A stretch of 64,000 nt of DNA from an uncultured virus (IMG/VR IMGVR_UViG_2814123274_000001) (IMGVR_UViG_2814123274_000001), one strand, 5' to 3'. Positions 37,203 through 46,135 are shown, counted from the stretch's first letter. The notes: generated from the letters alone by a model not told the origin. Numbers and translations are program-made.

Positions 37203-39923
37203 TTACTCATTGAGATACTTGGAAACAACAGAAGATGAAAGGTTCAGAGCATCAGCGATCTCGGCATTGGTACAGCCAGAGTTTGCCATTGCCTTGATGC
37301 GATTGATACGAGCAGTCGACAACTGCGTTGATGCTCTTGGGGTTGCGCGTTCCCGGATGACATCGGGATCAGAGTAACGAAGAATCTCTTTCAAGGTTGT
37401 ATCAGAGATTGCGCCAGCCTGAATTGCTTCCCATTCTCCATCAGAGATTGTAATGCGCGTTCCTTTCCCGCTTGCTCCAGTCGTCACACGAGCATCGCTA
37501 ATTGCGGAGCGACGAATCTTTGAGATTTCATCTTTGTCGGTAATGTTGTTGGCCTGAATCTTTGCCTTAACCTGCGCATTGGCAATACGCTGAGCCTCAC
37601 GTTCACGAGGAGCGTTAAGCTGAGCAGTCTTCAACGCACTGGTCAATCTGGTAACTTCAGGCGCATAAGCCTTTGCTGCACTGGCATTACGAACCAACGT
37701 GGGCGTCGCTAAGTATTCAAGCCTTGCCCGATTGGCAAGTGCTTTCATACGATTTGCGTAGTCAGCATAGGCATCTTCCTGGACAGTGCCGGAAGACAGG
37801 GTCCGAACATCGTCGACCTTCTCCAAGAGCTTAATCTTTGTCGTGGCCGGAACTGTTTTACCAGACTTCGGGTCCACATAAGTACGCCCGGATTCCTTGT
37901 AGATGACCTTTCCCGTCTCCTTGTCGATACGGCCGCTGCCCTGACGCTCCGGAACGTCGACGCTCTGCTTCCGTCTGGAGAGCAGGGTGGAGGCCCCACC
38001 CACTTCCTTTCCGGTTTCGGGGTCCGTGTACCCTTGCCACCGTTTGCGGAGGGTGGGGATGTCGTTCTCTACTTCCGACCGCTTATAGTCAAGCTTATGC
38101 TTAGCCGCATCGATGACCACCATGCTATGCTTGACGGCCTTAGTGATTTCCTCCTCGGGGGCCCCTTTTAAGGTCATATCCGTGATGAGGTTGGAGATTT
38201 TACCCATCTCTATCTGGGTGGCGGCTTTTGAGAGGAGCCGGACACCAGTCTTCCCCTCGGTGGAGTATTCAACTTTTGGGTCGAAATCCTTCAAACCATC
38301 TAGGACGGGGGTGGATTTCACCGACACCTTTCCGCCCACGGGGATGACCACCGCCTGGTCGCCGTCAAAGTCCGCTCCGGACAGTCGCTCCGCCACCTTC
38401 GGATTGATGCCGACGGCGTCACGGATGTTCTTGCCCAGGATTGAGATCGCCGACTGATTTTTATTGTTGACCGTCAGCTCCGGGATTTCAAACGTGCCCC
38501 CGTGGGGGTAACGAATCAGAACGACTTTCTCTCCGTTCCGGTAGTTGGGGGCATAGATCTCCGTCTCCTTCATTTTTGTGATGGGGAGGATCACTTGTGT
38601 ACTCTGCCGGGGGAGGGCCGCCGCTTTCAAATGGACAACTGCGGAATCACATTCGTCTGCAAAGTCCATCAGCAACTTCCGCTTGATGGTGGGGTTATTT
38701 AGAGAGCAAATTTCCGCGAATTCATCGGCGGCATCGGCATAAGTCAAGTCGAGCTGCTTCTGAATCAACTTGATGGGCTGCTTAGAAAGGAACTGGGAGG
38801 ATAAGTTCTTACTCATCTTATCCCAGTCTCCCTCTTCCTTCAGCTTGTTGATGGCGGACAGAGACTTCTTTTCTCCGGTGATGGGGTCTGTGTACTTGCC
38901 ATGTGGGTCGGGGTAGTAACTCTGGCCATTGGCCTTGATGAACGCACCAAAAGGGTTATCGGGGTCTTCCTGAATTTTCTTCATGACGTCCATCTTTGGC
39001 GTTCCGGAATGTTTGTTCGTGTTGAACACGATGTCTGCACCATCCGGCATATCATCAGAATACATGGCCATGCCCTTCAGGTAGTGGGTCCCGTCCACAA
39101 GGATGCGAACCTGAGCATAGTGAGAATCCCCTAAGTCGAGGTCTGCCACACCACGGCGAAGTTCAATAACGCCATCCTTGGAGGTGCCACCTTCGTCGCC
39201 ATAGCGGATCTTCACCCGACCGGAATCAATGCTGGCCGGGTATTCCCGCTTATCCCAAGACGCACCTCCATCGGCAGAGTGATAGTCGCCTACCGACTTG
39301 ATGATGTCCAGGTTCTGGTAAGCATCACGCTGCTCAATGTCAGGAACGGAGATAACCGGCGTGATAGTCCGTTTCTTCGGGTCGTTTACCTGAGGGACGC
39401 CGACACCATAGCGGTTATAGCCCTCGGTCTCCAGAATGAATAGAGCCTCCTGGAGCACGCCTTTGGAAACGCCAAGCTGCTGCTCCACACCTTCGCCCAC
39501 GTCAAGAGCCCCTTTGACCGCCAGCTCCTTCTTCAGAGCCTCGGCGGTGGCAAGAGCCTTGTTTTTATTGCTCGCGGTGTTCTCATTGAGCAGGGCACGG
39601 ACAGAGGAGTCATTATTGTACCCCATGATCTTGGCAATCTTGTCCAGCGTCTTCCCCTCTTCTCGAAGGGACTTGGCTCTCTCTGCCTGTAAGGCACGCC
39701 GTTCATGTTTCGCCACACGAACCTGCATACGGAGATCGGTGGTAGACATCTTCAGCTCCTCAGCAATTTCCTTTTGAGATTTGCCAAGCGCCTCAAGTTC
39801 TTCCACACGGGCCAGGAAGTCTCCGCCGTGTTGATAAGGGTTCTCGCCAGAACCCCAGGGGTAGCGCCCAGAGCGCCTCTTGACGCCATAGTGCATCAAA
39901 ATATCATCCACAATGGGGTCCAT
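37203..39923 (-). CDS. Single-chain two-barrel RNA polymerase-like protein (YonO/cellular RdRP-like) with HTH domains and an HYG N-terminus
   Basis: LSGADFDGD catalytic loop (DFDGD at 38358-38372), upstream VVLIRYP, AQVR......YLKGM; two N-terminal and one C-terminal HTH-like segments. Confidence 0.8.
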   Translation of the reverse strand: MDPIVDDILMHYGVKRRSGRYPWGSGENPYQHGGDFLARVEELEALGKSQKEIAEELKMSTTDLRMQVRVAKHERRALQAERAKSLREEGKTLDKIAKIMGYNNDSSVRALLNENTASNKNKALATAEALKKELAVKGALDVGEGVEQQLGVSKGVLQEALFILETEGYNRYGVGVPQVNDPKKRTITPVISVPDIEQRDAYQNLDIIKSVGDYHSADGGASWDKREYPASIDSGRVKIRYGDEGGTSKDGVIELRRGVADLDLGDSHYAQVRILVDGTHYLKGMAMYSDDMPDGADIVFNTNKHSGTPKMDVMKKIQEDPDNPFGAFIKANGQSYYPDPHGKYTDPITGEKKSLSAINKLKEEGDWDKMSKNLSSQFLSKQPIKLIQKQLDLTYADAADEFAEICSLNNPTIKRKLLMDFADECDSAVVHLKAAALPRQSTQVILPITKMKETEIYAPNYRNGEKVVLIRYPHGGTFEIPELTVNNKNQSAISILGKNIRDAVGINPKVAERLSGADFDGDQAVVIPVGGKVSVKSTPVLDGLKDFDPKVEYSTEGKTGVRLLSKAATQIEMGKISNLITDMTLKGAPEEEITKAVKHSMVVIDAAKHKLDYKRSEVENDIPTLRKRWQGYTDPETGKEVGGASTLLSRRKQSVDVPERQGSGRIDKETGKVIYKESGRTYVDPKSGKTVPATTKIKLLEKVDDVRTLSSGTVQEDAYADYANRMKALANRARLEYLATPTLVRNASAAKAYAPEVTRLTSALKTAQLNAPREREAQRIANAQVKAKIQANNITDKDEISKIRRSAISDARVTTGASGKGTRITISDGEWEAIQAGAISDTTLKEILRYSDPDVIRERATPRASTQLSTARINRIKAMANSGCTNAEIADALNLSSSVVSKYLNE

Positions 39924-39926
39924 GGC

Positions 39927-40484
39927 TTATTCCTCCTCTTCCTTGATACTGTTGATGATTTTATCGAATGTGACAATGCGGTCCATGATGGGGAAAATAT
40001 CCTCGATGGTGGGCTTGTGGTAAAGGATGGTGTCGTTCTGGTAAATACGCAACTCCATCTCGATCTCGTTTGGCTTGTAGTCATACTCCAAACAGAAGAT
40101 GGCCGCATAAACCATAAGCTGCTCCATGTGCGTCGGAGTCTCGCCGGTCTTCAGATCGTGAATCCGAAGAATATCTTTCCGAAAGGAAATGGCGTCGGCG
40201 GTCCCGAAACAGTTTGGAGAGTAATAAAGGATTTGCTCGGGGGTCATCTTGTATCCGATGGCGTCGTTCACATACATGTTCAACGTCTTCTGGGATTTGG
40301 GCAGTCGCTGCCCCAATTTGATGCATTGGGCCGCAAAAGCGTGAAGAGCCGTCCCACGCTGAGCCGCCCGGTATTTGGCATAAGCATCAGCAATCTTCTC
40401 TTCCGAGTAATTGATCCAATGATAGCCACTGGCGCTAAGAAAGGCATGCTGCCCCTCAAGGTTGGAGTGTTTTGCGAAGTTCAT
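39927..40484 (-). CDS. PD-(D/E)xK exonuclease (Cas4/RecB-like)
   Basis: HAFLSAS, RGTALH, EQ...FGTADAI...IHDLKTG...QL.VYA. Confidence 0.8.
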   Translation of the reverse strand: MNFAKHSNLEGQHAFLSASGYHWINYSEEKIADAYAKYRAAQRGTALHAFAAQCIKLGQRLPKSQKTLNMYVNDAIGYKMTPEQILYYSPNCFGTADAISFRKDILRIHDLKTGETPTHMEQLMVYAAIFCLEYDYKPNEIEMELRIYQNDTILYHKPTIEDIFPIMDRIVTFDKIINSIKEEEE

Positions 40485-40755
40485 CCAGCACTTCCTCCTT
40501 GTTCTCTGGGGAAATGAATCTGGAGAAGGACATCTCGTTCATCTTCCCAACATAATACTCTTGGTTTGGCTGTCTCTTAGCGCGTGCAGATTTCTTACAC
40601 TCAAGGGAGGCCCATTTCTTTCCATAAAGAATAAGCAGGTCGGGGATGCCCTGGCGCTGATCCATCTTAAAAACCATACAGCCGGGAAATATCGTTTTCA
40701 AATTGGCAATAAGCCGGTCCTGAAAACCACTTTCCAATCTTGCGCTTCTGGCCAC
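40456..40755 (-). CDS. VRR-NUC/resolvase-like nuclease
   Basis: ESGFQ...GIPDLLIL...LECK...QPNQ; AGGAGG RBS before GTG 40755. Confidence 0.8.
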   Translation of the reverse strand: MARSARLESGFQDRLIANLKTIFPGCMVFKMDQRQGIPDLLILYGKKWASLECKKSARAKRQPNQEYYVGKMNEMSFSRFISPENKEEVLDELRKTLQP

Positions 40756-40822
40756 GAAACAGCCTCCTTTCCGATAAAAGTGATAGAAAGAATAGGATAT
40801 GCGCGACATATCTCTCTCCTCT

Positions 40823-40848
40823 CCATAAAAGAGCCTGTTTTTTTTGCG
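40823..40848 (-). promoter_or_regulatory. Conserved motif copy 1 (candidate phage promoter)
   Basis: CGC-AAAAAAAA-CAG-GCTC-TTTTATGG. Confidence 0.6.
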
Positions 40849-40883
40849 GAAAGAAAAACAGCCCTAAAATATCAATTTGGAGC

Positions 40884-40912
40884 AAAAAGAAAAGAGCCGC
40901 GGATGACGGCTC
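40884..40912 (-). terminator. Rho-independent terminator
   Basis: AGAGCCG/CGGCTCT stem plus TTTCTTTTT. Confidence 0.7.
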
Positions 40913-41094
40913 TAATCTTCAATGATAAATCCAATTTTTCGTTTCGGCTTACTATTTTCCTCAGCAATCTTCTCGATCTTTGGTTTGCCAAACGATTGCC
41001 AGATCGTGGCACCGGCAGCACTTCCAATTGCCGCCGCCATCGACATGGTAAACGTCATCAATATTTGGGTCGAGTTTCCAATGTTGAGTTTCAT
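40912..41094 (-). CDS. Small membrane-anchored protein
   Basis: GGGAGG RBS, MKLNIGNSTQILMTFTMSMAAAIGSAAG...; flanked by the motif and a terminator. Confidence 0.65.
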   Translation of the reverse strand: MKLNIGNSTQILMTFTMSMAAAIGSAAGATIWQSFGKPKIEKIAEENSKPKRKIGFIIED

Positions 41095-41105
41095 ACTATC
41101 GCCTC

Positions 41106-41131
41106 CCATAAAGGGGACTGTATTTTCAGCG
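41106..41131 (-). promoter_or_regulatory. Conserved motif copy 2
   Basis: CGC-TGAAAATA-CAG-TCCC-CTTTATGG. Confidence 0.6.
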
Positions 41132-41497
41132 GAAATGAAAAGAGCAGTCAACAACACTAGCGATCAAACATCTGATCAACAAAATCCGAATATATATATT
41201 GATCAGGTTGCCTCTCGCATATCCACCTAAAAGGCCCACAAAGGCTTTTCCTTTTGCTGTCTGCATTTTCGATATGTCCTTCACCAACCCCTCCCCCATA
41301 ATTCTACCATAGCTAGCTTTGAGGCTGGCCTTAGCGAACCCTCGACCAAACTCATTTACATTTTCTGAAAAAGAGCGTTTTGATTCAGATGCTCTATACC
41401 GTTTTCTCCCAGCAGGAGTTAGGGTTCCGTCTTTGTTCTGGTAACGGCGGACGCCCCACTTCATGCCTTTCACACCATAATGCACTAAATATTCCAT
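41126..41497 (-). CDS. HYG..GMKWGVRR-motif protein outside the head module
   Basis: MEYLVHYGVKGMKWGVRRYQNKDGTLTPAGRKRY; lower-GC body; C-terminus may be degenerate. Confidence 0.7.
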   Translation of the reverse strand: MEYLVHYGVKGMKWGVRRYQNKDGTLTPAGRKRYRASESKRSFSENVNEFGRGFAKASLKASYGRIMGEGLVKDISKMQTAKGKAFVGLLGGYARGNLINIYIRILLIRCLIASVVDCSFHFR

Positions 41498-41527
41498 AGA
41501 TTATCAACTCCTACTTCGATTTTAGTT

Positions 41528-41566
41528 AAAAAAAACGAACTGCCTTCATAATCTGAGACAGTTCGT
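41528..41566 (-). terminator. Rho-independent terminator
   Basis: ACGAACTG/CAGTTCGT stem plus T-run. Confidence 0.7.
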
Positions 41567-41573
41567 ATCCTCC

Positions 41574-41599
41574 CCATAAAAGAGTCTGTTTTTTTTCGA
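41574..41599 (-). promoter_or_regulatory. Conserved motif copy 3 (degenerate)
   Basis: TCG-AAAAAAAA-CAG-ACTC-TTTTATGG; flanks also resemble copy 1 (GCTGTTTT upstream). Confidence 0.5.
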
Positions 41600-41875
41600 A
41601 ATAGAAAACAGCGGTAAAAATTCAATCCGTTCTGTTATAGAACAAAAAGAGAGTCGTTCACTTGACGGATTAGTAAGCTGGCTTATTTTTCACCTTTATC
41701 ATCGGTGGGTCGTTTGCACTTTCCGGTATTGTGCTTCCGCGCCGACCTAGCCTACTTCGTCCAGCGCAACAATTAAACTTTTGAACGATACCATTCAATC
41801 GTATATTGCTGGAAAGCTTACTATTAGCTTGCATATTCATGCACACAGACTTTCACTGCTATGTCCGTTTCCTCT

Positions 41876-41901
41876 CCATAATAGGAGATGTAATTCTTGC
41901 G
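41876..41901 (-). promoter_or_regulatory. Conserved motif copy 4
   Basis: CGC-AAGAATTA-CAT-CTCC-TATTATGG. Confidence 0.6.
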
Positions 41902-41925
41902 CATCACATAAAATGCGCTGAATTT

Positions 41926-42987
41926 TTATGAAATCTTCAAAAACACATCACCATCCTTGTTGAAATAATAATCTGTCCTTTTTTCTGGGGCCGCTAATGC
42001 GGAATGAAGAAGTTCTCTCAGAGAAGAAGACTCGGCAGTATTCAGGCGATCTACAATATCTCCGATTTTCCGAGTCTGATTTTCCAAAACTTCCTTGTCG
42101 GTTTTCTTGAAGATTCCGTCTTTATGGCTGGTCAAAGCCTGTTGCAGCATGCTAAAACTGGTAAGCATCCGTTTATCACATTTGTTGATGTAAGCAGTTG
42201 CTTCCTCCTCAATATACCTAAGGAATCCGTCATCATAGTTCTCGGAGTAGAACACCTCCAGCAATTCGCTCATGACATAAAGCTGCGTAGATAGTTCCAG
42301 AGAATCTTTTATCTGTGTGGCTTTTTCAACCGTTTCCAAAATATCAGTCTGCACCTTAGCGGTAACCGTCGAAACCAGATCAGCGAGATAGAACTCAATA
42401 TCTTTCATAGCGACTTTCCGGGCGCTCTGTAAGCTGACAATAGTCGAAAGCCTCTGCTGCTCATGCTCCATGATAGAGCCATAGTTTTCGTAGGCGAACC
42501 TAATGAAACTGATTTCCGACAACAACTCCGCCCGTTTGTCACCGTAAAGGAACTCGAGTATCTTGTCCAAGCTCAGCCTCATCATATTCAATTTGCCGTT
42601 GATCTCAGCCAAAAAATATTGTCCGGAGGCAATGGACATCGCTGTGAACGCGCCAAGACAGGCCGCTTGAATTGCGGTCTGCTCCAAAGCAGCTGTTCCT
42701 ACGATTTGACCCGTTTCTGGATTTTGAAGTGTCGTACTATACCCGCCTCGTTTTAACCGCATAAGCGTCCCTTGGACTCCCTCTGGAAACGATAGCACAT
42801 ATGATTGCGATAACGTACTCACCCCCAAAAGCGAGGGAGCCGCGCCAAGCAGCGCATTCACTTGCGCTCTTTGATCTCGCGTTAATTTCAATTTGGTAAA
42901 TCGCTTTCCATCAGTCAAATCTATTGCGGTATCGCAAGGCTTTACATCGAATCTCCCTACCCGAGTCAATTCGTTTTCTTCTCCCAT
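41926..42987 (-). CDS. Moron-like hypothetical protein (~353 aa)
   Basis: AAAGGAGG RBS before ATG 42987; lower GC; has its own sigma-A promoter and structured leader. Confidence 0.75.
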   Translation of the reverse strand: MGEENELTRVGRFDVKPCDTAIDLTDGKRFTKLKLTRDQRAQVNALLGAAPSLLGVSTLSQSYVLSFPEGVQGTLMRLKRGGYSTTLQNPETGQIVGTAALEQTAIQAACLGAFTAMSIASGQYFLAEINGKLNMMRLSLDKILEFLYGDKRAELLSEISFIRFAYENYGSIMEHEQQRLSTIVSLQSARKVAMKDIEFYLADLVSTVTAKVQTDILETVEKATQIKDSLELSTQLYVMSELLEVFYSENYDDGFLRYIEEEATAYINKCDKRMLTSFSMLQQALTSHKDGIFKKTDKEVLENQTRKIGDIVDRLNTAESSSLRELLHSALAAPEKRTDYYFNKDGDVFLKIS

Positions 42988-43164
42988 CGCCATCCCTCCT
43001 TTGGGCAAAATAAAAGAGTGCGCCCCATGAAGAGACGCACCCTGCAAAAAGTGAATCCCTCCATTGTTGCCACACAATCCTGGTCTTAGACGCGAGTAAA
43101 GAGAGAAACACTGTTTGCCAATGTTTCCGTCTAAGACCATTTTATAGAATTGTGTGGCACAGCC

Positions 43165-43193
43165 AGTATAGCACACCTCCGTCCGCTTTGGAA
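43165..43193 (-). promoter_or_regulatory. Sigma-A promoter with extended -10
   Basis: TTCCAA-17 nt-TATACT with TG at the extended position. Confidence 0.6.
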
Positions 43194-43269
43194 GAGGAAC
43201 TTTGAGGGTTCAGACGAATTCGGCTCCAAAACCGCAAACATCCATCGAAAACCCGTCAAAATTCCCTTG

Positions 43270-43555
43270 CTGGCCACTTTCCCACTTTTTTCTTCCACTT
43301 ATATATAAATTTTAATATTTTTTTTCGCATTTAAGTGAAGAGAAAAAGTGGGAAAGTGGCCAGAAAACCCGCAAACCCTTGGGGCGCAACGGTTTCAGCC
43401 TGCCCACTTTTGAAAATAAAAGTGGGCAGAAAGTGGGCAAATGGCCAATTTTTCATCATTTTCGGTCCTTTTTTCGTGCAAGAATCAAAAGATTTCTGGC
43501 CAGTTCCGAAACAAAAGTGGGCAAATGGCCAGTTTTCGGACTAAAAGTGGCCAGC
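43270..43555. repeat. Inverted and direct AAAGTGG(G/C)CA repeats around an AT-rich core; candidate replication origin
   Basis: CTGGCCACTTTCCCACTTTTT...AAAAAGTGGGAAAGTGGCCAG flanking an AT-only run, plus further AAAGTGGGCA(AATGGCCA) copies; non-coding. Confidence 0.65.
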
Positions 43556-43781
43556 AAAACGCCCCAAAATTGACCTGCTACTAACAGTAATAGTAGCAGC
43601 TTTTGGCCTATTTTCAGGTTGAATCCTGCTTCAAAATTGGAGACGTCCGTACCCTTCGCTACCCGGCTATACCGTTCTCACCCCCAAATATTAAGGACCT
43701 AATCAGTGTCGTCCGTAGCCTTCTGTACTTCTTCGCCACCTATCTACACACAAAATATCAATCTCTGACCGGGTCTGTTCC

Positions 43782-44048
43782 TTAAAATGCACGCCGCTGG
43801 TAAGGGCGATTTCGAGGTGTCACGGGGACAAACTGGTAGCGAGGAGGAGCTGGACGAACCCGCCGATGAAGAGACATACCGTATTTTTTCGGCGGCATCC
43901 CGTTCCGCTTAGGCCAGAGTTCATTGCTCTCTCCCAGGCTGCGAAACATATCCTCAAGTGCCTGTGCAGCCCCCGCCATCGACTGACCAAATGCCGCCCA
44001 AGCATCCTTGATCTTCTGGATAACCGTCAGAGCCTCTTCCATGTTCAT
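43782..44048 (-). CDS. Hypothetical protein
   Basis: GAGGTG RBS; co-directional ORF. Confidence 0.6.
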   Translation of the reverse strand: MNMEEALTVIQKIKDAWAAFGQSMAGAAQALEDMFRSLGESNELWPKRNGMPPKKYGMSLHRRVRPAPPRYQFVPVTPRNRPYQRRAF

Positions 44049-44061
44049 GAGTTGTCACCTC

Positions 44062-44280
44062 TCAAATATTGTTTTGGGACTTGGAAACGCCTGCTTGCAT
44101 ATTGGTATAACAGCAGTTGAGTGCAGTTAAAAGGTTGTCGATCTGAACTGACCGGTCTGTCCGAATCTCAACCGTCGGCTCCGGCATCGGTAAATATCCA
44201 AGCGCCTCCATCTGCTTATGGTCGCAGGTGGATACATATGGGCATGCTCTACATCTCGCTGCAAGTCTGGATAGGCCCAA
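44062..44280 (-). CDS. Small Cys-rich hypothetical protein
   Basis: CRACPYVSTCDHK; GGAGG RBS. Confidence 0.55.
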   Translation of the reverse strand: MGLSRLAARCRACPYVSTCDHKQMEALGYLPMPEPTVEIRTDRSVQIDNLLTALNCCYTNMQAGVSKSQNNI

Positions 44281-44286
44281 ATCTTA

Positions 44287-44484
44287 TCACCTCCAAACCT
44301 TTCCGGAGCGCTTGTCCACCAGAACAATCCGCCCCTCGATCTCAAAGTCCGCCAACTCACAAATATCAAAGATGGCATAAAGCAGCTTATGGAACCGCTC
44401 ATCCTCGGCATCGATGTTCTTCAGGGCTTGGTAGGCTGTGGGGTCTGAGTAGCCCTCTGCGTTTTTTCGGTCATTCCAGAACAA
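44287..44484 (-). CDS. Hypothetical phage protein
   Basis: KNAEGYSDPTAY.A...GRIVLVDK.SGKVW pattern. Confidence 0.65.
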   Translation of the reverse strand: MFWNDRKNAEGYSDPTAYQALKNIDAEDERFHKLLYAIFDICELADFEIEGRIVLVDKRSGKVWR

Positions 44485-44717
44485 TTTTTATCACCCCGTT
44501 CCTTCATGTATTTGATAAGTGATTGAGCGTGCATATCGCTGATGCCGTATGTTTCCTGTAGTTTAGAGACGAACCAGTCTGGAACATTTTTTCTTCCGCA
44601 TTCAATGGCAGACAACTCGGCCGGCGAAATATCAAGATCCTTCGCCATGTCATAGAGCAGGAGTGCCCGAACCAGGCGAATATCCCGCACCATTCTTCCA
44701 AAAGCGTCAAGTCCCAT
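44421..44717 (-). CDS. XRE-family HTH protein
   Basis: FGRMVRDIRL...LYDMAKDLDISPAELSAIECGRK. Confidence 0.7.
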   Translation of the reverse strand: MGLDAFGRMVRDIRLVRALLLYDMAKDLDISPAELSAIECGRKNVPDWFVSKLQETYGISDMHAQSLIKYMKERGDKNCSGMTEKTQRATQTPQPTKP

Positions 44718-45045
44718 GATCGCTCTCCTTATGCCACGCCTCAATGTCGACACCAATCCGCTTCAGCATCTGGGTACAGAGCCAAATATCATCCTGGTCC
44801 TCCATCTCATATCGACTGACCAGCTCCTTGATGCGGTCGTGGAAGGCATTGTAATAGGTTCGGAGCCGTTGAGCCCCGAACCCAAATTGTTCATGCAGCA
44901 CCCACAGAATGGTCGCGTCGATTTCGGCGATGTGTTTTCTGTCGTACTCGGCCAGTTCCCGCTGGATCTCTAAATCCATCGCTTTTTTCTCCGCTGCGGT
45001 AAGTACAGCGCCGTACACTTTTCCTCCGGCTTTCTTGAGTTGCAT
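44707..45045 (-). CDS. Hypothetical phage protein
   Basis: ILWVLHEQFGFGAQRL motif; GGGAGG RBS. Confidence 0.65.
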   Translation of the reverse strand: MQLKKAGGKVYGAVLTAAEKKAMDLEIQRELAEYDRKHIAEIDATILWVLHEQFGFGAQRLRTYYNAFHDRIKELVSRYEMEDQDDIWLCTQMLKRIGVDIEAWHKESDHGT

Positions 45046-45211
45046 AGGTGCCTCCCATAATCCAGTTTTCCTTAGCAAAGAACATGGGGACGGCGAAGAA
45101 CAGCATCAAAACTGTCGCAGTCGCGTCCCCATCGAGAAACATGATTGGTAAAGAGAGCCCAACCAGCAACAGAGCATAGAGCTTGTTTTTCAGCAGTTCT
45201 CGTTTCCACAT
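44891..45211 (-). CDS. Small membrane protein (3' end uncertain)
   Basis: Two hydrophobic segments; GAGGTG RBS; C-terminal part overlaps the next gene. Confidence 0.45.
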   Translation of the reverse strand: MWKRELLKNKLYALLLVGLSLPIMFLDGDATATVLMLFFAVPMFFAKENWIMGGTYATQESRRKSVRRCTYRSGEKSDGFRDPAGTGRVRQKTHRRNRRDHSVGAA

Positions 45212-45250
45212 GTGTTAATCACCTCTCTTACCGTAAAATATCGAATCTTT

Positions 45251-45463
45251 TTAGTAGACGAAGAGATGACCACGGTGGCCCTTCGGATACTTCTTCCGAC
45301 CATGGAAATCCTTTGCCATTGGTTTGCCCGTGGTAAGGCTGGTCGGGTACGCCCCAATAAGACTACGCCAATCACCGTAAAGACGATGCATTTGGCGGTT
45401 CACTTTGGGATATCCACGACGAACCATCTCGGCCTTAGCCATATTTCTCAGCAGACTACGCAT
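45251..45463 (-). CDS. Small basic hypothetical protein
   Basis: AGGAGG RBS. Confidence 0.6.
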   Translation of the reverse strand: MRSLLRNMAKAEMVRRGYPKVNRQMHRLYGDWRSLIGAYPTSLTTGKPMAKDFHGRKKYPKGHRGHLFVY

Positions 45464-45483
45464 GATTTTTACCTCCTAAAATA

Positions 45484-45837
45484 TCATTGCGGGCTTCGCA
45501 AGCGCTCAATCGCCATACAGGCGGCATTGGGGTCAAGCATTTTTGTCCCCTTCTCCATATCCATCTCCAGAATGGTCATGATGGCGTAGTTAGCCAGGTC
45601 CATCAAAGTGTCCCGAATAGACTCATCGGTGACCCGCTGCTGGCCGGCGTCATTTGCAGAAAGGCGGGAAAGAGTTTTGAACCGGGAGAACTTGTCTCCC
45701 AGCCGAATCCGGGTCATGGCCAAACCCTCTTCTACAAAGGTCTGGTGGAAACTGTCGCCGTAATCGTGGTTCTTTCGCTCGTACAAGCCATTCAGCTCGT
45801 CGCAGATTGCCTTATGGCGCATTACTTTCTCATTCAT
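45484..45837 (-). CDS. DUF1599 / nucleotide-modification-associated domain protein
   Basis: LYERKNHDYGDSF...RL.DKFSR...ESIRDTLMDLANYAIMT. Confidence 0.8.
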   Translation of the reverse strand: MNEKVMRHKAICDELNGLYERKNHDYGDSFHQTFVEEGLAMTRIRLGDKFSRFKTLSRLSANDAGQQRVTDESIRDTLMDLANYAIMTILEMDMEKGTKMLDPNAACMAIERLRSPQ

Positions 45838-46112
45838 AAACAGATTTCCCCTTTCAAAATATCAATCTGATTGCAGTTCACTTTGATCGTTCGGTCTGTT
45901 TCATCGGCTAAGTGTTTGAGAAGCATGGTCATAAACACTTCAAAGCCGCCGGAATAACCGATTTCTCTAAACGTAACCCGGTAATTTTGTTTATACCACT
46001 GCTGCTTGTATCGTTTTTCCATACGGACAATGATGGAGTTGGTCATTGCTTCATATCGCCACATAATTTCAAAATGGCGATGCGCAAGATCAATCAGCGT
46101 TTTCTCAAGCAT
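45834..46112 (-). CDS. Hypothetical protein
   Basis: GGAGG RBS before ATG 46112. Confidence 0.55.
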   Translation of the reverse strand: MLEKTLIDLAHRHFEIMWRYEAMTNSIIVRMEKRYKQQWYKQNYRVTFREIGYSGGFEVFMTMLLKHLADETDRTIKVNCNQIDILKGEICL

Positions 46113-46135
46113 CAGGTTTTCCTCCCGGATTCCGA

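Noticed and set aside
39927..40484. Cas4 as part of a CRISPR-Cas system
   Set aside because: No array or other cas genes; stand-alone Cas4/RecB-like nucleases are common in phages.
41926..43176. ORF-track start at 43176 (416 aa)
   Set aside because: The extension covers the promoter and hairpin leader; the RBS supports ATG 42987.
43270..43555. CRISPR array
   Set aside because: Repeats are short, in both orientations and irregularly spaced, with no repeat-spacer periodicity.
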